Below the pieces are notes generated by a model, which did no database searches, was not told where the DNA came from, and worked only from the letters and a program-made list of their open reading frames with translations. A DNA stretch of 64,000 nt, taken from NCBI GenBank assembly GCA_024704765.1, contig JAKMXF010000333.1, positions 186,001-250,000 of the forward strand. The letters run 5' to 3'. Positions within the stretch are counted from its first letter, which is position 1; every line of letters starts with the position of its first letter. Position numbers and translations under genes: made by a program. Below are positions 57,001-64,000 of the stretch, one piece after another. The DNA comes from Oopsacas minuta. Its lineage: Eukaryota; Animalia; Porifera.

Positions 57001-60000
57001 GTTATATACGATTGGGTGAATATTTTCTGACTGACTCTGCCGGAAATATTTTAGAACCTGTTCTTGATAGTACAACTGGATTTATAGTTGATAATTATTT
57101 TGCTGATACTATTCCTCCTAATCTAGCCTCTTTTTCATTTGATTTAGATTCTGGGGTTGTTCTTTTTGCATTTGATGAAACTGTCCAGCGGACAACTTTC
57201 CGCACAAATCAGATTTCGTTCTCTTCTACTTCTACTGGAATTAATTATTTCCAGCTACCAGATATCCCCATCGACTCTCAATTTGACACTCCAACAATTC
57301 AATTCACTATCCCTCCAACTAGTCTAAACCAACTCAAATGCCAACTGATTGCTCTTACACTTAATACCACAGTAATTGCTCATACAGAGTTGATGGTTTC
57401 TGACATGGTTTTCCCTATCCCCCTTCTTGTTGTTCCAAGAGTATTTGGCTCTAATGCCCTCATTGCGGATGCTTACTATCGTGACACTACCAGTCCTGTC
57501 TTATTAGAATTTACTGAAATGAATATCGATGAAGCCTCACTTACTCTCCGATTTTCTGAACCAGTAGCTCTCAACTATCTTGACTTTACTCATATTTCAA
57601 TACATTCAGGTCTTGTTACAGGGCAAAGTTATACATTGCATCCTGGATCCGCAACACCAGTTGATTGTACCTCAGTTAAATTTTACTTTAGTGATATTGA
57701 TTTGGTTGCGATAAAGCTTAACTCCCAACTCGCTATCTCACGTGAGACAAGCTATACATCGGTTCTTAGCAATGCTACCCGAGATTTATCTGGGAATTAT
57801 CTAGTGGGAAATAGCACTCGTTTCCTGGCTTCATCTTATGTCCGGCCAAACACACATCCTAGTTTATTGTCGTTCAACTTAGATATTGATTCAGGCGAGT
57901 TAGTACTTACATTTGATGATGTAATGGATATTTCGAGTATCGCTTACTCACGATTGACATTGGGTCTCAGCCTTGATATTCCCACTCTATCCGATGGAGA
58001 GAAATATACCTTAACACGTGGTTCCACTCCTAGCACTGATGGATATATAGTTCTTATTAATATTCATCCCGAAGACCTAAACTCCATTAAATTGCGTACC
58101 TCACTCTCTACCAGTAAAAATTCTTCTTACTTGCAAATTACAGCTGAAGCAATTGCTGACGTAGAATTTCTACACGTTAGAGAAGTTATCTTACAAGTTA
58201 CTAACTATACAGCTGATACCACCTCTCCTCAACTATCTCGTTTTTCCCTCAATCTCACCACTGGTTTGATGTCTCTCTTATTCAATGAAGTTGTGAATAC
58301 TCAAAGTTTTAATGTTACTCTACTCTTCCTCCAAAATTCAGTTTCTAACATAACCTCAGATCGAACATATCGACTTACCGGTTCAAGGAATTTACCGACA
58401 GAAAATTTAATAGAGTTAGACATATTTCTAAATGATTACGATTTAAATCAACTCAAGCGATTTGATAATATTGGAACTTCAACTGCTAACACGTTTATAT
58501 TTTTCAGTTATCGACTGGTTGATGACATGAACTTCAATCCTATTACTCCTATCCTCGCTACCATGGCACTATCTGCTTATACTCATACGGATGACTTGAT
58601 TGATCCAGAATTACTTTCTTATTCTCTCGACCTGAATCTCGGTCTAATTATGCTCAATTTTAGTGAGACAGTTAATGTTTCATCCTTTAATCCTTTTGCA
58701 CTTAAGATACAATGTTGTTCCAATACAATCCTGGTAACTCAGAGTTATTCTTTCACTGAAGATACACGTGCACGTGTGTTCTCTTCTCAAACTGTAGGAG
58801 ATCATATCTTACTTGTAGACATCAGTGTTTCTGATTTAAATGAGATAAAACGTCTGACTAGCATAGCAACCAGTAGGGAGTCTAGTTATTTATCCACAAC
58901 TGAAAATCTTATACTCGACATGGCAGATAACAAACTTGTTGCAATTCCCTTCATTGAAGCACTTCAGGCTGTATCTTTTACCTCGGATACTACTCAACCT
59001 ATTCTTGATTCATTTTCCCTCGATCTTAATTCTGCCCTACTCAACCTTACATTTTCTGAAACTGTACTTTCATCTTCTTTTCAGCCAAACAATCTCTCTA
59101 TTCATGACAACTCCACTTCATATTATTCTTTTCTGTCCAGTTATCCCATAACTAACAATAGCTTTATTCAGTCAATTTTGCTTAGCTTTGAAGATATGAA
59201 TAACTTGAAATCTCTCACTACTATTGCTACTGCCAGAGATACGACCTTTTTATTCCATTCTGCTGGATTTATTGAGGATATGAATTCGAATGCAATCCTC
59301 GAATTGCAGGCTAATATTATCGCAAGTTCCTTTATTCCTGATACAACTCCAGTTGATCTGGTTTGTTATACCCTCGATATGAATACAGGAGAGATTATGA
59401 TTACTTTTTCTGAATCTGTCAATTCATCTTCCATATCTGCTAGTTATATTTCTATTCAATCTACAAGAAATATATTAGAATCAAACATTTCCGTACAGTT
59501 AATCAGCATACAAGCTACTGCTAATCCTACACACATATTAACAGTTCTAATTAACAACGAGGATCTCAATTTAATTAAAGCAAATACTCAACTTGCTACT
59601 GATATAAACAATACATACTTGGCCGTCGGAATGATGGCTATTCAGGATATGAATAGAAATAATCTTTCTCCCATCAGCAATCTGGATGCTTTGATTACTT
59701 GTGGATATACTCAAGACAGTACACCTCCAATCTTAATTGCATTTGATTTGACTATGGAAGGGGGCCATATCCCTGTGATAGTCCATCTCCAGTTTTCTGA
59801 GACAGTTAATGCAAGTACGCTAATTATCCCATATATCACTCTCCAAGCAAATCTGTCAATTGATCCATTATACGCATATACTCTAACGAGTGGTGAATTC
59901 ACACGAGTAGATTCTGATGTTTTAACTTTTACGATAAGTGACTCTGATTTGATAACTATTCAAGATTTGGTTCCTATTTTACAATCTGAAAACACGTCCT

Positions 60001-63000
60001 ACTTATCGATATTAGAAGATGCCGTTCAGGACATGAATAGCAATTTCTTATTGGAGGTGCAAAACGATAGTGCAATTCTTGTTACTCAATACGTGATAGA
60101 TTTGACTACTCCAGATATCTCTTCATTTGAACTCGACTTAGACCTAGGTGCACTATTTATCACATTTACCTCTCCAGTCATACTCTCTAGCTTTGATATT
60201 ACATCACTGACTCTACATAGTTCCCGTTTGAATACTTCTATTGGACTCAATCTATCCTTTTTCGAGGACAGTGTTGCAATCAGAGATACTATAATCCGCT
60301 CTTCAATTAGTGTTGATGACTTAAGTTTCATTAAATCTACTGCTGATTTTGGTGGAACAGTAGAAAATACTTATCTCTCTTCTGGCTACAACCTTGCTGT
60401 TGGTCCAAACGGTAATCCTACCACGTTCATTTTACCTGAAAATGCTCTACAAGCAAGTTTTGTATATCCAGACAAGACAAGGCCCAATTTATTAAAGTTT
60501 GACTTTGAGTATGATGCTATGATAACTCGCCTTTATTTTGATGAACCAATGAGTATTTTATCTTTAAATGCTCTTGGGTTCACCTTGCAAAATACACAAA
60601 GTTCACCAACTGCAACACATACTCTGACAAACATTACATCTAATTCACGTGATGGAAATGTTGTTTCTATCTTGCTTAGCCTTGCTGATCAGAATACACT
60701 TAAATCTATCCCTATCCTAGTTGTAAGCAACTCATCAACTTTCTTGGCTATATCACCCCTTGCAATAACAGATACTAGTGGAAATCTTGTCAATGAAATA
60801 CCTATCTCAGATGCTTTAGCTGTTGGGGAGTTTGGCGCTGATATGTCAATCCCAGAACTGTTATATTTTAGCTATAATGCTAACGTTGATACTCTCACTC
60901 TTTATTTCTCTGAGACAGTAAATACTCAATCCCTGAATATCTCTGCTATTACTTTATCAGACCGTGTATTTAATGGCTCACTCAATGTTAGCTATCATTC
61001 TTTGATATATACGCAAATATCAAATCTTATCAATGACTCTGTTCTAGATATACCTTTAAATTTATTGGACTTTTCTATTGCCAAATCTCTAGGAATCTGC
61101 ACTACTAGATCTAAATGTTATCTCAGCATTGCAAACAATTCAATATATGATATGGTTGGTTTAGGGCTAAGAGGAATAAGAGCAACTTCTGCAATCTCAG
61201 CTCGAATATACCTCCCAGACAACGCTGCACCATCACTTACTAATTTTCTCCAATTTAATGCTAGTAGCTATAGCCTGCGTCTTTCATTCGACGAAGCATT
61301 GCTGATATCCTCTTTTAATTCCTCTGCGCTCTCACTCACAACTATAATCCCTGAAACTTTACAAAGAGTTAATTTATTTGACAGTCAATCGTATCTTGTT
61401 AATCCATTTACCATCGAAATCGTGCTTTCAGAATCTGACAGATTTGCGTTACAATCTCATCTTCAAATATGCACATATAGGGGTAATTGTTACCTAATCC
61501 TTGAAGAAGGTTTCATTCAAGATTTGAACAACAATCCGTCAATCGGCAATTCTGGAATTATCACAGAAGTTTTTATTGATGACACAGTACAGCCGAATCT
61601 ACTAGAATTCAGTATTGACCTAAACTCGGCACTTTTATCACTTACATTCAGTGAAACTGTTAGTGCGAATAGTTTTAGTCCTAATGGGTTAGTGCTACAA
61701 AATTTACGGAACGGAACCCTTTTCTACCGTCTTACTACGAGCACTATTGATAATGTGGACGGAACTAATATCTCAGTAAATATTTCTGGACAAGATTTGA
61801 ATGCTATTAAATCTAAGCCCTTTATTAAGAGTATTTATGACACCTTTCTAGGCATAAGTAGTAGTGCATTCACAGATACAGCATTTGTGCCCAACTACGT
61901 TAAGCCTATCACTTTAGGACTAAACGTTTCTAGCTATATTTCAGATTCCACACCACCATACATTCAATCTTTTTCGTTGGATTTACAGGGGAGGACACTA
62001 AAACTGACCTTTACTGAGTCAATACTTGTTTCTTCCCTAAATGCTTCATTATTTAGTCTTCATTCAAATGTTATTGGCGGAGTTAGCATATCTGTCCTTG
62101 CATCATCAATCTTACCTGTTGATCCTCCTGATATCGGTTCCAAAATCGTCACAATATACCTTTCTCCTATATTCATTTCAGCTCTCAAGCTCAACTCATC
62201 AATTGCTACTTCTGTAGATTCAACTTTCCTCAGTTCTCTAGCGTTATCAGTCTTTGATACTGCTGGTAATCCTATCGGACCAACCCCACGCATTCAAGTC
62301 GAAAACATCATATTTGACAGCATATTCCCTGTATTATCTTCTTTCTCAATCGATATGGATAAAGGAATGCTTAATTTAACATTTTCAGATGTTATCCTCA
62401 TCAACACTTTCGATATTACCGCAGTTTTTGTTCAAAATTCCCGCTACTCTACAAGTTCGAATCGATTCCAGTTAACACAAGCCCAATCTTTTTACACACT
62501 CGACGGTTACTCAGTTGTTATTTACCTCGGATTCATTGATTTCGTTACAATAAAAGCTGCAGTTGGAGTTTCAGACAGTATTAACACAACATATCTTACT
62601 CTAAAAGCTCACGCAATAGATGATCATAATAACCGAGATGTTCAAGCCATCACTAATGGAAAAGCCCTTCGTGCATCGATTTTTATTTCAGATAATTCAC
62701 GTCCTGAATTGTTAAGTTACGAATTAGACATGGATTCCGGGACCCTTACTTTATCTTTTAATGATGCTCTTCAGGCATCATCATTTGATACTACACAACT
62801 AATTTTTCAAAACGAAATGGCTCTTAGCCAGAGCAATTCAACATTGCGTGTCATTGGAGGTGATTATATCCGCACTAATGAAGCGAATACTGTAGTGGTC
62901 ACTTTCAGTCTATCAAATCTTAATGATCTCAAGAGAAACATCTACTTAGCTACTCAAGAATCAAATACATATTTGTCATTCTCTAATCTTACTGTTAATG

Positions 63001-63998
63001 ATATTGCTAACAATTCTGTTGTAGAGATTTTAGCGGAGAATGCTCGAAGAGTAGATACTTTTGTTCAGGATGTTACTGGGCCTTATCTACAATCATATGA
63101 TTTGGATATGAATACCGGACTGATAACATTGCAATTTGATGAAACTATACTTTTATCCTCATTTAATCCTTCTGGAATTACTATTCTTAACAATGGAAAT
63201 ATGTCTCTATCTACTCAATATTTGGCCTTGACTGGTGGCATGTTAATTGGCCAAAATAATGATAACTTCTTGCTAAATATTCAATCTGACGATCTCAACA
63301 ATATTAAATCACAATTAAACCTTGCCACCAGCAAGAGTGATTCATATATTTGGTTTGATCAAACTGCATTTACTGATATGAATAGAAATGGTGTTCAGGT
63401 TCAATCTTTAGCTCTTCAAGTTTTCTCTTTCAGTCCTGATGTTACCAATCCAGCTGGCATTGGATTTGCGTTAAATATGAGTTCTCGTTTGCTGTATATC
63501 TACTTAACTGAATTCGCCAACATCGATACTATTAATCCATCAAAACTAACTCTCACTTCTTTGAGTAATGAAATTAGTAGTAATCACTCACTTATTAGCG
63601 GTACATTTGGATTATCGAATAATACGCTATTGGAGATTGAATTGTCTGATATTGATTATTATTCCATACAGCAATATCCAGGCTTAGCAACTTCTCCAGA
63701 AAACGTTTTCCTTACTCTTGATTCTGGCTTTATTTATGATGCAGCTAACAATCCGTCGAATGTTACACTAACTCCTCTTGTTATCAACAACTTTTTCCCA
63801 GATAATGTAAGACCTCAGCTTTTAAATTTCACTCTTGACATGGATTCCAATAGGCTGTATCTTGAGTTTAATGATGTTGTTAATATCTCCACTTTCAACC
63901 TAGAAGGATTAACATTAATCAGCTCTTTAAATAGCTCTTTTGCACAATCTGTCTCCTTACAATCTTCTTCCCTTTTCCAAACTGATACACTAAATATT
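3..63998 (+). CDS. Giant extracellular repeat protein, internal fragment (>21,332 aa; partial at both ends), made entirely of ~124-aa Ig-like (SbsA/Big_5-like) repeats; putative adhesin or filamentous matrix protein
   Basis: Frame 3 (codons start at multiples of 3) reads SPTQLDPTKITIQQ... at 3, DLIPPFLTSFSVDMNDG at 297, DTTPPTILSWGLDLDSG at 30309 and ...QSSSLFQTDTLNI at 63960-63998. All 172 domain starts I located fall in this frame and I met no stop codon. The ORF track contains no long + ORF ending in a stop, which fits a frame open to the window end. No signal peptide, TM helix or terminus lies in the window, so the function is inferred. Confidence 0.95.
297..8822 (+). repeat. 23-domain super-repeat copy 1 (D1-D23, 8526 nt)
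   Basis: Markers: Cys-loop domains D3/D4 (CFTRGSCY at 1659) and D14/D15; FNDVV domains D7 (2523) and D18 (6558); spacer domain D23 (8454). Confidence 0.88.
8823..17357 (+). repeat. 23-domain super-repeat copy 2 (D24-D46, 8535 nt)
   Basis: CRYRGNCY at 10173; IDDLLGIDVLAITDG in D30; Cys loops in D37/D38; FNDII in D41; spacer D46 (16974). Confidence 0.88.
17358..25838 (+). repeat. 23-domain super-repeat copy 3 (D47-D69, 8481 nt)
   Basis: CTQRGNCY at 18696; GRDIIAITED in D53; Cys loops in D60/D61; FNDII in D64; spacer D69 (25443). Confidence 0.88.
25839..34394 (+). repeat. 23-domain super-repeat copy 4 (D70-D92, 8556 nt)
   Basis: CRTRGSCY at 27198; GVDIIAITDG in D76; Cys loops in D83/D84; FNDVV in D87; spacer D92 (34005). 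Confidence 0.88.
34395..42926 (+). repeat. 23-domain super-repeat copy 5 (D93-D115, 8532 nt)
   Basis: CARKSTCY at 35757; FNDVV in D99; Cys loops in D106/D107; FDDVV in D110; spacer D115 (42564). Confidence 0.87.
42927..51494 (+). repeat. 23-domain super-repeat copy 6 (D116-D138, 8568 nt)
   Basis: CTYRGNCY at 44313; FNDAI in D122; Cys loops in D129/D130; FSDVV in D133; spacer D138 (51129). Confidence 0.87.
51495..60098 (+). repeat. 23-domain super-repeat copy 7 (D139-D161, 8604 nt)
   Basis: CSYRGNCY at 52845; GVDIIAITDG in D145; Cys loop in D153 (absent in D152); FDDVM in D156; spacer D161 (59715). Confidence 0.87.
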
Positions 63999-64000
63999 GT
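60099..64000 (+). repeat. 23-domain super-repeat copy 8, partial (D162-D172, positions 1-11)
   Basis: CTTRSKCY in D164; CTYRGNCY at 61470 (D165); IDDHNNRDVQAITNG in D168. The array runs off the window end. Confidence 0.85.

Larger units (their letters stand above)
297..63800 (+). repeat. Tandem array of 171 complete ~371-nt (~124-aa) domain repeats (D1-D171), flanked by partial units D0 (1-296) and D172 (63801-64000)
   Basis: Each unit starts at a D-x-x-x-P linker, e.g. 297, 666, 1035, 1407, 1782, 2151, 2523, 2898 ... 63069, 63438, 63801. Unit lengths run 333-423 nt, mean (63801-297)/171 = 371 nt. Recurrent motifs: LD[LM]NxG, F[SDN]E, LTGG, DLNxIK, LAT..NT[FY], DxxGN, ALQ. Confidence 0.93.

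Noticed and set aside
11491-59151. Six short plus-strand ORFs (11491, 25426, 34711, 42730, 44215, 58936)
   Set aside because: All are in frame 1, out of phase with and fully inside the giant frame-3 ORF. They are Leu-rich translations without recognisable motifs, as expected by chance.
1220-62293. About 90 short minus-strand ORFs (60-164 aa) in the ORF track, e.g. 6527-7021, 36911-37357, 46886-47350
   Set aside because: Nearly all that I checked lie in one frame (left coordinate = 2 mod 3), where antisense wobble positions align with those of the giant + ORF. Stops there need Tyr or His/Gln codons preceded by a pyrimidine, which are scarce. Their R/K/S/V/I-rich translations mirror the sense repeats. 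These are shadow ORFs.
3-63998. Naming the gene as titin, hemicentin, cadherin/FAT, usherin or sponge aggregation factor
   Set aside because: The units lack the Ig Trp and B-F disulfide, the FN3 Trp/Tyr pattern, true cadherin LDRE/DxNDN motifs and Calx-beta motifs. The resemblance to titin is architectural only, so no gene symbol is assigned.
1-64000. Strong pyrimidine (T/C over G) skew on the + strand and ~370-nt / ~8.5-kb periodicity read as satellite DNA, CRISPR or a mobile element
   Set aside because: The skew follows from Ser/Leu/Phe/Ile/Thr codons. Repeats are conserved at the protein level, not as identical DNA. I saw no direct repeat-spacer array, terminal inverted repeats or transposase.

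Overview
The whole 64 kb window is the interior of one giant, uninterrupted + strand reading frame (frame 3, 3..63998, 21,332 codons, open at both ends). I followed it by manual translation from end to end and found no stop or frameshift. The supplied ORF track omits it, most likely because it has no stop inside the window, and the short ORFs it does list are shadows of this gene. The protein (>21,300 aa, roughly >2.3 MDa) is a chain of 171 complete plus 2 partial copies of a ~124-aa repeat (mean 371 nt). Consensus: D-x-x-x-P-x-L-x-x-F-x-LD[LM]NxG-x-L-x-L-x-F[SDN]E-x-[VI]...I-T-L-Q...Y-x-LTGG...I-x-L-x-x-x-DLNxIK....LAT...NT[FY][LI]....I-x-D-x-x-[GN]N......ALQ[VA]..[FY]. This looks like an Ig-like beta-sandwich of the SbsA/Big_5 type with an inserted helix. 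The domains are highly diverged but arranged in a strict 23-domain super-repeat (7 full copies of 8481-8604 nt plus a partial eighth). The super-repeat is itself nested as 11+11+1, with position-specific disulfide loops (CxxRGxCY), an acidic motif and a unique spacer domain, which is the organisation of a titin-like extracellular molecular ruler or filament. The protein is rich in Ser/Thr/Leu/Ile/Asp/Asn, has many N-x-S/T sequons and paired cysteines, and is almost Trp-free, suggesting a secreted glycoprotein, probably eukaryotic, yet there is no intron in 64 kb. The source organism cannot be determined here. I saw no RNA genes, mobile elements or CRISPR arrays. All translations and coordinates were read by hand; D1-D172 is my own domain numbering.
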